Shown: positions 38,060 through 50,380, numbered from the whole stretch's first letter. The stretch: 60,400 bases of DNA, filler included, from Rhabdomonas costata (GCA_019059605.1; 12 parts of 12 records of this genome joined end to end with filler, not necessarily neighbours in it), one strand, 5' to 3'. Notes: generated by a model from the sequence alone, not told the origin. A program made the numbers and translations.

Positions 38060-38390
38060 ACAGGGAACCTGGGAAAAGAGATTGGTGCAGCCGAATCGTG
38101 TTTCTGTGTAATATTTTCCAGCTACGTCGAAAAAACGTGGCACAGACCTGCGGGAGCGAGGGACTGAGGGCATCCGAAAGGTATTGCTCTGTGATGCTTG
38201 CTCTCACCTGCAAACAAACACACGAACACACAAACCTGACACGTGCAAAGGGAACCTGCGGGAGAGAGGGGTTGTGGGTATCCGAAACGTGTTGCTGTGT
38301 AATATTTGAAGCCGCACACACACATACCTGGCTTAGGCACAGGAGACCTGTGGGAGAGAGGAGGGCAGCCGAAACGTGTTGCCGCGAAGG
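38060..38390 (-). repeat. Four degenerate repeat units of about 45 bp, each ending in a pyrimidine tract + CAG|GT on the minus strand
   Basis: The + strand motif ACCTG(Y)GGGA..GYAKCCGAA.. starts at 38067, 38146, 38254 and 38346. Confidence 0.75.
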
Positions 38391-39901
38391 CAGCAATGAT
38401 TTGGACTTTTCCCGGCGGCCCGTCGTCGCCCTTTGATCTTTTCATGTTGCTTGCCTTTGTGTTTTTGGTTTCAACGTGCTTTCTTCTCGTTGAATGATGA
38501 CGTAGATTGCAGTGCACAGAAGCATTCCCTCCTTCTGGGAAAAAGCCTCGGTGCCTCTGCGTGGTGGGCAGCGATTGTTTTGGAGTTACAAGGACCCACT
38601 CCATCTGGTCCTTTTCCCTTCGCTTCAAAGCGTTTCAGCCTGCCATTGACAACGCGACGTCTTTTAGATTGCTGTGTGTTGGCTTTGTGTTGTGTGTGTG
38701 TTGGCCTCTTTTTTTTTTGAGTTTGCTCATGCGGTGCTTCTTTTATGTCTGGTTCGCCCACGCTCACACCTCGTGGACCGCGAGCTTTGTAGACTGTGCT
38801 TTTGCGGACGGATTTCAGTCTCTCCCCCCTCCCCCCCGATCCCCTGGACAGCTTTTAACGTGCCGTGTTGCCATCGTGCGGGTTTTTATTACCTCTTATT
38901 GTTGTTGTTCTGGACAATGAAAGCGAGAAGGCAGTGCCTGTCGGGGATGAGCCTGCCCCTTACAGACAATTGCCCAACCCTGCTTTATAGGTCTAGGAGT
39001 ACCCAAGTACCCACTTTGCACCCGCTGCTGTTGAGACAGCGAGAGCTCCATTTCGGATCAGACGGAAACAGATATGTGAATTGACCCCAGCACTCACTGC
39101 CTCTCAAAAGCAGACTACCTCCCAGCGTCAAAATTCGTTTTGAGCGTAGGGTGTTTCTGGTTTCTGGTTTTATGTGCTTTGGCCGGATCGGGTGGGTTCG
39201 AGTTGAGGCGTAGGCTCTCGCGGCGGCGCAGCCGTAACGTGCGTGGGAGGTTTCGCTGACTCAAGCCCATCACTCCATGCTAGGGCGGAGGTTAGGTGTC
39301 AGTTGCCTCGGGGGTGTCTCGGAGGTGAACGGTGTGCGCGCCTTAGTCTTTAATGATGATTCAATGTTGGGGAGGGGGCGCTGAAAAGTTGAGCCAACAT
39401 GAGCATTTGGGCTGCATGTTGCCCTGCTGAGCAGAAACCAGTACGAGCACGCACTTTCCCCCGTTCTCGTAAACTGCTGTCATCCCTCGTGACGCTTTTC
39501 AGTTCCTAACAATCGCGAAACTGTTTGGTCGATTTATCCCCCTCATGGAATGTCCCCGTCACTATTTCTTGTTTCGCGTCCTCCGCCTCGGGCTTGTAGG
39601 GTGCTCGGGGGACGCACTCCGATTTTATGCGATGTAAGACGTAACACAGTTTTGGTCCCCTTCACTGTGGCTGTTACAGGACGCGTTTCACTCTTTTGGC
39701 TTTTCTGTTAAGTTTTCTCAGTGGTCTTCCGTCTCCACCACCCCAGAGTTCTCCATCAGCCGTTTTGCTACAAGTTTGCAACTTTGTCACTTTCGGACGT
39801 TTCAGGGGGTATTTGGAATACTGGGCTTTTCTCGTTTCTCTGCATTCTGCTGAGGGTGCTGCCGGCTGCAATGCAATTTGATTGCTTCTCTGGTTCAACA
39901 G

Positions 39902-40200
39902 CTACCTTCTCGTGGACGCTTGCGGGCACCACGCCCTTCGCCCCGCGATACGGCCACTGCACACCAACCTGTACTCCGACGTGTGGTTCTCGACCGACAG
40001 GGTGCAGTGGACTTCCCCACCCTCGCCATACAGCGGGCTGGCCACCCTTCCGCAGACCATGTATGAGCACCAATGCCTGAACGTGGACGGCGGATCCACA
40101 ATCCTGGTCATGATGGGGTACACCTCGGGCGGCACCCGCTCGAATAAGATCTACGCGCCTAATATCCAGGCCACAAGCGCGAGCTGGAAGTCCATCGGGA
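39902..40200 (+). pseudogene. Kelch-like beta-propeller exon with a frameshifting internal deletion
   Basis: After the CAG acceptor, WTLAGTTPFAPRYGHCT switches frame at about 39965 into NLYSDVWFSTD..MYEHQC..ILVMMGY..SNKIY. The middle of one blade is missing. Confidence 0.55.
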
Positions 40201-40818
40201 CAAGTGCGCAAGAGCGTGCTGCTTTTTCGAGGGTTTCCCAGTGGTGTTTGCTTGTCAGTTCTTTGGCAGCGAGCAAACCTGGTGTTGAAATATCTGTAAA
40301 CTTCTATATGTCCAATCTCAGTCTGACCATGCCTCCAGCCAAACCCTTCATTGCCGCCCCCCAACAAAAANNNNNNNNNNNNNNNNNNNNNNNNNNNNNN
40401 NNNNNNNNNNNNNNTTAATTAATTAANNNNNNNNNNNNNNNNNNNNNNNNNNNNNNNNNNNNNNNNNNNNGTTTTGTGGGTAGATCGTTCTTGTCTTCCT
40501 AGATTTTGCCCGTAGCTGTTTTTGCTTGTTCTGGATTTTGGATCTCGGCGGTGTGCCCGTACTTATTTCTGCACAACCGCAATGACCCGTTTGATTGGGG
40601 GAGCTACGAGTGCTGCGGAACGTACGTCCCACGCAGCATGTTCCGGCAATAACCTTGCCCAGATTGCGTCAAGGACAAACCACCCCAGCACTGCACACCG
40701 CAGAACGTCCCTTCGAGTTCTCCATGGTTTTGTCCGTTGTCATGCCTGGGTGAAGTGCGGGTACCTGCTGTCCTGTATTTCTGTCGGCAGGGAGGACACT
40801 GCCGTTACCTCCGCCGAG

Positions 40819-41366
40819 ATGGAGACTAACCATGGTCAAGGTGAAGGCCCTTCGGAGAACCCTCCCGCCCAGACTACTCCCACAACCCCTGAGGGCCTGC
40901 CGTGTGAGCATCACATCTTCTGGCGTCGGCTGCGGGTCAAAAAGGTGAGTGCTGAGCCCTTCCCTGCGTTGCTGGTTTGCATCGGAAGCATTCGCGCTTT
41001 CTGTGTTAAGCCCGGAATTGCTTCGGAACGCCTGGACTTTCGATTTAGCTTGAGGAGCTTGAGGAGGTGAATTAGAAAGGGAGGTGAAGGGAGTCTCTTT
41101 CTCCGTCCGGAATCGTAATGATGCAGGGCATGAGCCACTTCATCTGCTGCTACTGCGAGGCGAGGTGGAGGGCGCGGTGCTCGCGGGAGGAGGTCCCGGA
41201 CTTTCCCAAGCGGTGGGCGCTGAAGGTACTGGCCGATATGAAAGGCCCTTGTGGCCCCGACAAGGCCGGAGCCGGGTCCTGGTCCGAAGGGGGCGCCATG
41301 GTGGCGGCTGTCATTCCTCCAGGAGGGTCTCCCGGAGATGCTGCGCAGCCTCAGAACGGAGTGTGA
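40819..41366 (+). CDS. Small putative zinc-ribbon protein (121 aa). Exons 40819-40944 and 41127-41366
   Basis: AAG|GTGAGT..GCAG|GGC splicing yields CEHHIFWRRLRVKKGMSHFICCYCEARW (CxH..CxxC). An upstream acceptor lies at 40790. Confidence 0.7.
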
Positions 41367-43849
41367 TGAGTCACACAATGAAGGTTAGTAATCAGAGGAC
41401 TTTGGAGAAAAATACCGCTGCTGTGTGTTTCGGGGAGTGTGGGTTGGGGCGGAGTCGTAGATTCACGACGTTGTTGGTTCCATATATCTTTCTTTGCTTT
41501 TTCTTTCACTTTTTGCTTTCTATGAGCTTTGTATGAGTAGATTGGAGACACGAGGTGTGAGTTAACGTAAAGACTGATCTCTGAATGGAACTTCGAGTTG
41601 GATTGATAGCGGTTGCAGCGGTGTCGTACCCTTCATTCCCGGTCGGTGTCCCAGCGCATACACTCCTTGCCGCCATTATAAATCCTCGTTCCCGCGTTGG
41701 TGCATCGCTCCTCTTGCGCTTCATCGGCAAACCTCCTTATGAGTTGTTGTGGTTCCGGAGTGCAAAGAGGTTTAGGAAGGTGCTCTGTGCCCTTTTAGTT
41801 GGCTTGTAACCTGCTTAGCAAAGCCAGCCCCAGCTCCCTGTCTAGCAGGTAGCGCTGGTTTCCGATCTTAACAAAGCTTTCTCTCTGCACGCGTCACCCC
41901 TGCACCTGCCCAGGTCTTTTGTTAAGCCTGAAGTTGTTTTCGGAGCGAACGAGGAGAGTTGTCAGTAGTGGGTGTGCCAGGTCAGACTCTGTAAATTACT
42001 GTTGTCCTTTGATTCTGTGCCTGTGCCGCTCCTGCGGAGATGAGAAGATGCGGAGCTGCGACTTTTGTCATACACAGAGGTACCTCCAAATATTTGATTC
42101 CCCGTGGCCTCTGATTACTGACACTGCTTGCGTGCTCCTCTCCACGGCCGCACCTTGGAACCACCGTGACAACGGCAGCCATTCGATTTTTTTCATGCAG
42201 GGTTCTGCGACGTGGTAGTTTGCTGGTGACACTTTCGATGTTTCCTCTGTTGTCCTTCCCTGTCGAATAAAGAATGAACACAAAGTACGTGTATCTGTCC
42301 GTTATTCTGACATATCGGAGTTCTCGGCAGACAGGATTACTTCATCCCATTCCCATCCTCACTTTTCATCCGTCACGTCTTTTACTCTCTTCTAACCATC
42401 TTCTCTCGTTGGTGTGCTTGACAGTGTGCTCCATCCTCACTTGCACAACGATCAAACACTTCTCCTCATTCCAGAAGAGTGACGCAGGAGTCTGATGGGC
42501 GTTGTTTTTCGTTGGATCTGTTCTTTCATTTGCATTCATTTGCTGGGCCATGGCTTGCCAGCCTGGGGCGTGTTCTTCAAGAAGGGAGCGGGCGTGGTAC
42601 AGCAGAGAGAACGTGTGTATGCATGCCCATCTGCAGCATCAAAATAAACTTCCTTTGGGGTTGGCGTCCCCGTTCCAGCCAGGTTCCAGTGAGGTTTAAG
42701 GTTCCAGTAAGGTCCTTTCTGGGACCCCTGTGGCCCAGGAGGCCGTTTTCGTGCTGTTTTTTTTGGGAGGGGGGGATCTTATCTTCACTGAGACGCGTGC
42801 GGTGATTGTGTGGACAAATTGAAACAATGTCGATTGGAATTCGAATGCCTTTCACTTGTGGTGTGTTGAGAGCTGGGTGTGTTGATCTGGTTTTTTCCGG
42901 GACGTTTCCATGCCGGGACATTTTGCATGCTCTTTCCCTCCACACATTAAGACAAGCGGCGAAGGAGAGTGTTTGATACCGCAGATCGGAGGCTTTGCCC
43001 GGAGCCCCAGCTCTGCGGCGTTGTGCACGCCTCGTGTAGATTTGCCGCGAGCGGTCCCGTTTTTTGTGTCCCTTTTGCACTCTCGAAACCGCCTTTCAGG
43101 CTATTCTCAGTCCCATCTTTCTCTCCCCCACCTCTGCGTGCCGCTGTCTATTTGTGCAGTGACCGTGCTCCGGTGCCGTTGCTGAAGCTTCTTGAGAATC
43201 ACAGGTGAAGTTCGCTTGCGCTGGTGATGTGATTTTCACCGTCGGTCATAACACAAAGGAGGCCGCATTGAAACTCGCTGGTTTGTATGAAAAATGGCAC
43301 TGTCCGCGCGTTTTCGGGACCAGTGGCCTACTACAGGGTGATGGGAAATTGGAATTTAATGTGTGCCTGTAGATGTTGTTGTTTTGCCGAAAGGGGTTAT
43401 GTATGCTGTGCCCTTCCCTCTTGATACCGATTTTTAGTTGAAGGATTTCGACCATTCAACGCCGTTAAACGGTTAACACCGTGAAACAACACATGGTGCA
43501 TTATCCCCACACACGTGACACGTTCCGCCTCAGTCATCCGCTGGCTGCGCCGCACTGCTAATTCAATTTCATTGGCACTTCCTCTGCTCCCGGCTGCAGT
43601 GGTGGGTTCCCTCTGCGATCAATACGGATAGCCTTTTGGACCTCTTCGGTCACCGCCTAGTCTCGCCAGTAGGTCTGACTAGTGCCACAGCATTTTGTGT
43701 CATGTTTCCACGATAGCAAACCTGGGGCTTACACGGAGGTAGAAGTGAAAGGCCGTGAGCAAGCTGCCGACCTGCTGCTTTCATTTGGTCTCGAGGACCC
43801 GACGCTGCTGTGGACCACGATTATTTACAGTCTCAACCCTTCACACCCG

Positions 43850-44200
43850 TGGGACACATGCCTGTCAGCCCTTGAAAGATTTCAATTCGGACAAGCCCTG
43901 CGGGTTGGGACTAAATTCCGGTGACAGGCGTCGCTCAGTCGCTCAGATTCGGGGTGTTTGGTATTGAAGGTCCTGAAGAACACTTACTGGGCCAACTTTT
44001 CTCCCGGTGGGCGAGACGTGTGGCCCCTGACAACGAGATTGGCTTTCTTGACCAACCTCAGCATTAGTGCTGGCAAATAATTGCAGTGGCTTCGGTAGGA
44101 AGTAGGCGATGGTGCGCCAGCTGCGCAGCGTTTATTCTCATGCTGATGGCTTTCCGGATACATGCTGGGTACTTCGTGTCCTCAGGGCGTCAGATCGGCC
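43850..44200 (+). mobile_element. Possible decayed tyrosine-recombinase remnant
   Basis: FQFGQALRVG resembles the first catalytic Arg box. SC*WLS..HAGYF resembles RWxS...Y if TGA derives from CGA. Frames are broken. Confidence 0.25.
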
Positions 44201-45499
44201 TTCCTGCCTCCCTCAACGATTTGGGTATTGTTTCTAACGGAAATGGAGACCGCGTTGACGGGTTTCCTGCCTTGCTAGTTTCCGATTGCTTGTAATGAAT
44301 AAGTTCCTAGCGATTGTGACTGGGAAGGAAGGGAGGAAGAATACAAGCCCCTGATATAAAGCACTTCTTGGATCGTCATCTTCTGTTCGTTTTATTATTC
44401 AGTGAAGAATTTCTGCTTTCTGAGATTGGATAATGGCCTCTTACAGTCGCAACCCCTATGGCCCCGATGGTGTGAAAATCTCTTTTGCCTGCTTGTTTGA
44501 CCACTTCGCACGCAGAGGGGTGTGCAGTGTGTTTGTGTTTCTTATTCACTGCACTGTGCTGCGCTTGCGAGTCGTGATAAGAATGCTCTGCAAACAAATT
44601 GGGCACACTCTTTTTTTGGGGTGGTATGGACGTTTGATTCTGAGGCAATGCGATGCGTATAGTTGACGGGTTCAGGGACAAACAATTAAACAGCGCCGCG
44701 TGGTTCAATCCTTACAGATAACACCATCCGTTTGCCGTGTTTGCTAGACGTCCGCCAGACGTCTCCTCCATTTGTTGTTGGAATGCTGTTGGAATGGAAA
44801 AATCAAGGTTAAGTTTGTGACCATTGAAGGTTGAGGGGGGGGTCTGAAATAAATCAGGAATGGTATTTCACGAAGTGTCGCCGAAAGCTGAGGAGATGAC
44901 CCAAATGAGCGACATCCCTCAAGCTGCCTCGTATGCCTTTCCGCTGTTTTGTTGAAATGCGGGTTGGTGCAATGAACCTGAGTTGCTTGAATCTTGACTC
45001 TTGACTTTTAAATATATAAGACTCCTTTCTTTTTGCTGAGGATACATTTTTCTGAAGGAAGCCTGTCAAAAGTAAGGGGTCGCAGACCGCCCGCCCAGGA
45101 AAAGGCACTGGATACTTTCTGAGCAGTGCCACCCAAGCGAAGCACAGCACCTGACGTCGGGCACAATTCCAAATACCGTATGCAACAAGGTCCAATAGCC
45201 TTGCCCAGATTGCCCAGGATCTGTACGATGCACTGACCGAGTCTAAAATAAAGAGCAGTGCAAAACCGCACACTGCGGAACGTCCCAGGCCAGTCCCCCT
45301 GCAGCTTCGCAATCACCCAGCATTTATCCGCTGTCATGCTTGGGTGGGTGCCGGTACCTGTTGTCCAGGAGTTCCCGAGACTCATCCCACCNNNNNNNNN
45401 NNNNNNNNNNNNNNNNNNNNNNNNNNNNNNNNNNNTTAATTAATTAANNNNNNNNNNNNNNNNNNNNNNNNNNNNNNNNNNNNNNNNNNNNGTTTTTTG

Positions 45500-45715
45500 G
45501 TATCCTTTTATTTCGTTTTGTTTTTAAAAAAGAATTATCCTATTCGAGGGCCAGACGTACAGATCCCGCATCGACAGGATAACACATTATTAGAACCGTG
45601 AAATTAAACATCAAAAGTTTGCCTCATCCGCCGTGGGCGTGTTGCAGCCCTCGTGTCAAACTTGTCCCCGAATAGGATAATTCTTTTTTAAAAACAAAAC
45701 AAAATAAAAGGATAC
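45500..45715. repeat. 47-bp inverted repeat pair with a 122-bp spacer (MITE-like)
   Basis: 45500-45546 and 45669-45715 are reverse complements at 46 of 47 positions. Confidence 0.85.
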
Positions 45716-46115
45716 TGAAAAAGGCAAATAACTCTGCATCTTTGACTCCTCTTCTCCTCGTGGGTCAATGTTGGGGAAAAACTGCACGCATACCGTAGAC
45801 CCATCTCATCATTGACTTTTTGGGGGAAAGGGGGACGACATGCTATTTTATGAGCAAATCCCCCCCCCATTTTTTTTTGCCTATTTTTTTTTGCACTATT
45901 TTGTCCTAAATTTGGCTCATTTTGAGAATTTTATGGTCCTTTTAGGTCATAATTGACGTTTTGGGGGCTTCCTGGAGACTTCACAAGCGAGCGAGGGAAG
46001 GAGATATGGTGCCAGAAGGAATTTCAGGAGGAGGACTTTGCCTTATGTTTAGAGACGGTTTTGAAGATCTTTCGCAGCCGGTATGGTACCAAACCTTTCC
46101 TTCAAAGACAGTGCT

Positions 46116-49100
46116 TCAGCTGACCACACCAAGCACTCCCTTTCGCCAGTCTTCTGTCACACTGCAAGGAGTACCCGTAACCCAAGCATCGATTGCCGTT
46201 AAACTGGGCAGAGCGGGAGTGGGAATGGTTGCCAGTGGGTAGAGGATACTGTTGTCTTCCCACTTTTCAAAATTTTTCTTTGATCGTGTGACACGAGTTC
46301 ACTGCTCCAGCCAATGTGGTCTTCGACAACTCCTCTCGGAGGCGACAGATCCAGGCCATCTAAGCAACTTAGGAGGCACAGGAGTGACCTTCTAGGAAAG
46401 GCTGCAGCCGTCAACGGGACGGACTGCTGGTCGTTCTTCGCGTCAAGGAAAGGTGGAACCCACACTTCAACAAGAAGCCACACGAGCTTTCTTCATTTCA
46501 TCAACCACAAGGGCAACCACAACAGATGAAACCCACTCCTTCAACAAAAATAGCCCAACCTTCTCCTTCAGCTGGTACATCCACTCCTCATTGCCATCAG
46601 CCGCGGTCCCGGCGAGCACCTCGTATGCCTTCTCCACCTTGCCGTCCCACAGCGGCAGCACCAGCGCCAGCCGGCACTGCGCCGTGTACCTCACCTGGGA
46701 GTGGACCGTGCTGTCGACAAGGATCTGAGGGCACCCCACCACCACCCCCAGCCCTCGATATGAAAGGGCGGAGAGGAGGTACGCCACTAGGAGATGGAAA
46801 CCAGGAAGAAAAAAATCACCAAAAACTAACCGCGCTCCCTGTTTGAGGTAAAAAGCATTGTGTTCCACTCACACAGAAAAGTTGCAGTAAGAAAGTTCGA
46901 ATGGTATATCGGAAATAAGCTCACGATTTCCGTTCTTCCTGTGGAGAATGACGTTGCCGTCGACTCGCCCAGTTCATCACCGGTACTGTGTGTGCTCCTT
47001 CCTTTATTTTCAGTGTTCTAGAGCTTGTGCATATTTCCATTTGTGCTGCTTTTTCCTCGTTCATTGTAGTTTTTTTTGCTTGTGGCGAACGTCGGCGAGG
47101 TAAGATTGCAAAACCCACCATGCCATCCTCAGTATAATCGGGCGGTATGTCTCAGCAAGCGCAATAATCGGGAGCAAGGAGTGGAGTAGCAAGCAACCGC
47201 TCTATTATTCCTATGGTACAAAACCAGCAAAAGGAGAAGGCATCTTCCTCCGACAAAAACGGAAATAAAATCCGTCCAACCGCCAGGAAAGAGAGAGAGA
47301 GCGCCGGCAGGGGTACCCCAAAAGGGATCAGCTTCGCCAGCTTCTGCAGCGCCAGGCCACGCGACACGCACGGCCCCACCACAGTGAAGGCCCGCTGGGT
47401 CTTCGTGCCCATCGGCCCAAAGGAGGCCGCCCTGTGCACACAAAACCACGACAACACAGGTACAACCGGCGGCCAACTGAGGTAACGCCAACCGCAGGTC
47501 CGCCAACGATCCCGTGGACAAGAACGCCATAAAAAAGCCAACCACGGAACCATCACCACCGAGCACCGTCAGCATCAGAATGGCGGCCTGGGCAAGGGGG
47601 TCAAAGCCGGATCCCGGCAAATCTAGGGTGAGGACGCGAAAAGAGCACTTTCCGCAACCAGCGTGCTGGCAAGTGGACCGCCCACTCATCCTGCATCTCC
47701 TTGTCCGCTGGTTGCGCCAAACCAAAGATCTCACAGGAAGAGCTACATGCTGCTCATGCTGCTCTGGATCTCACCCTCATGAGGTTTACCTAAATGCAAG
47801 GGACGACCTTACCGCGAAAGGCGTATATCCCTGTGTGTGTCGGTGTGGCTGGTGGGGCGGACGCACACCCTCCGGTGCATGCCACCCGCACCCCTACTCC
47901 GAGCTGCTGGGAGGCATCCAGGAGCTCCCGCGCAGCCTCCACGCACCGCTGCCCATGGTCCGAGCGAATCGTGCGGACGTTCCAGTACGCCAGCACCTTG
48001 TCCCCCAGGAAGGGGCTGAGCAGGCCTTCTCTGGAGTGAACCACCTGCGGGAGTCAGGGTGGGAGAAAAAAGCCTTCTACTATTGTATTCAAGGAAACGA
48101 GACCAAAGGGCAGATGGAAAGCTGCAGCACAGCGCGCACCGTGACGAGTAAACTGGTCGTATAACAAGTGAAGAGGTGGTCTCTCGAAATAAAGCAGTGC
48201 AAAACCACCCGAAAAAAGTATCTGAAAAACTGGCGCAGCGAAAAGAGGGGAGGACCTGGGTTGCCGCGTGAAACACAGAGGAGTGCGTGTGAGTCATCTC
48301 CTCCTCGTTCGCGGCAAGGTTGTGGAACCCCTCGATGTCCATCTGCAGCACCGAAACGATTCGGCAGCTGAGGTCCCCCAGCTGCCACTTCACCACAGAG
48401 TTGGCACGAGGAGGAAGCGCAGGGTCCGCAAACCCGTGCCCGGGGGAAGCGGGCTGCGAGAGAGGGAGGGAGGACTGGCGGCTGTCCGTGGTTTTGGTCC
48501 TGCGAGCGAAGGGGGTGGCGATGTCCTCGGTGAGGGGTTGCCGAGGTGTGGAGGAGGCGGTCTCCAGGGGACCTACTCGATTCACCCCACGGGAGGGGCT
48601 GTACGTTTGTCGGAACCTGGCAAGGCCCTGCTCCGTTGAGGTCATGGAGGGGCCCAGCCTTGTGGAGCTGCCGCACCGCAAAACCGCGTCAGGGAGGTAC
48701 GCCCGGTAGTCCTGGCGATGGAGGCAAGTAGACAAAGAAAGCGACGAAAAAGATTTGCACGTGGGGACACATCAAAAACCAAAAGACGCAGTAGGAATAC
48801 ACCAAAAAACAGAAGTGGTTAAGGGACGAAACAACCAAAAAACAAGAGTCGCTGCACAAAAGCAAAAGGAGAAGAGCCACTTACCATTAGCCTCTCTACC
48901 ATCATCCCAAAGAAGGCCTGGATGTCCGCGATCTCCTTGAATCGGCTGCGGGTTTCCTGCACCACGTCCAGGTTCATTTCCGCAACCTGCTCCATCTGCC
49001 CACACAGACGGATCAGCGGCGCCGTCACAAGGTACGAGATCAGCAGCGCCGCACACACCGCCAGCCCCGCGATCGCTCCCCCGGTGTATCCCAGCATCCG

Positions 49101-50062
49101 CTGCGCCGCCGCCGTGATGTCCGCCAGCAGCTGCGTCTCCGAGATCACCACCCCCACTTGCCAGACCATCCCGTACGGCAGGGCCATGGTCTTCCCGAAA
49201 TGCTTGAAGTCTTCCCCACGCAAGGAGAAGCTGAACCTCATTGTGATGTTCTGCTCCGTGAGGTTGGACCACGCTGTGGTCACAGTAAGACAGAGGCAAA
49301 ACCAAAGGGGACGACGGCTAAACCAATGGGGCACGGCAGGACCAACTAATGATGGGGTACTTGCGCAGTTGGGTGAAACGTTCTTACTGGGAAAATCCAT
49401 CGGGAAGAACGCCGAAAACGCAAGTGAAGGCTGTGAAAACCAAATCAGGAAACAGAGAAATCCCCTCTAGGAACTGGCAGGAGATAAAAGGGAGGGCAAC
49501 AGCCGTTTGAGACTCCTTCGGTCAAAATGAACAAAAAGCCGAACAGGGCGAGGTGACTTGCTTTACAGGCAGGGACGCAATCTAGGAACCAGAGAACACA
49601 GCAAACCAACCCGAGCCAATGTGCAGAGGAATCGCTAAATGTCAGGAAACACATAGAGAGAAAATGCAAACTTGTGGAAAACCCCCAAAGCACGTGGACA
49701 ACAACTACCAGTCGAAAAGGGTCCGAACAGCGCCCGCAGGCGCTGCCCTACAAACGCGATCGTCGCATCGTCGCTCTGCCACACCGCCAGACGCCCATTG
49801 CTGCCATCTGAGTTCACCGCAATCAGAGACCCGTGGCTGGCCCCGGTCAGCAGCCCACTTCCCTCGTAGCTGAACACTCGGCCCCCCTTGGAGAGCAGGC
49901 TGCTCTGCACCACCAAGGTGTGGAGAAAGTCGTTCAGGAACCGCAGCTCCAGGTCCTTACCCAGCTGCCCCACACAGTAGCCCGCGTCGTCCAGCACGCA
50001 CACGGTGCACTCAACCAGCAGGAAGCCAGGCTTCGGAGGCATGAAGGAGACCTCGGAATACC
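46116..50062 (-). CDS. Receptor-type adenylate/guanylate cyclase (Cache-like sensor, TM, HAMP-like, class III cyclase), 5'-truncated. Exons about 50062-49709, 49273-48885, 48711-48256, 48044-47869, 47431-47317, 46724-46560, plus two tentative short 3' exons
   Basis: TM GGAIAGLAVCAALLISYLV, HAMP-like TAPLIRLCGQMEQVA..EIADI, DYRAYLP, VSVLQMDIEGF, FLGDKVLAYWN, FGPMG..FTVVG, ILVD and EEWMYQL. Junctions are in phase. Confidence 0.88.
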
Positions 50063-50238
50063 CTTCGAAACAGAATCACAGAGACCTGCCATTAAAAAGT
50101 ACGTTTAGTGAAGAAAAAAAGAACAGAAAAGGCCAAACAACATACACAGCTATTCGCTATGTCTTGCAGTTCAGCGCCCAAGGTCCGGTTCGAAGCACAG
50201 ACGCATTGAGAGAGATGAGGGGGAACAGGAGAGTGGTC

Positions 50239-50380
50239 GACGACTGGTAAAAATCAAGGAATGGGAAATGTGTGTGACCAAAATAAGCCGGATAGCCGCT
50301 TGAAATTGGAGCCAATTCTCTGGCTATCCGGCTTATTTTGGTCACACACATTTCCCATTCCTTGATTTTTACCAGTCGTC
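50239..50380. repeat. Perfect 59-bp inverted repeat with a 24-nt spacer
   Basis: 50239-50297 is the exact reverse complement of 50322-50380. The spacer contains AATTGG-AG-CCAATT. Confidence 0.92.

Noticed and set aside
38060..38390. CRISPR array interpretation of the spaced repeats
   Set aside because: The repeats are too degenerate, the spacers are partly homologous and variable in length, the context is eukaryotic, and no cas genes are present.
47152..47559. ORF initially resembling a retrotransposon endonuclease tail
   Set aside because: It splices in phase into the cyclase catalytic domain (FGPMG..FTVVG).
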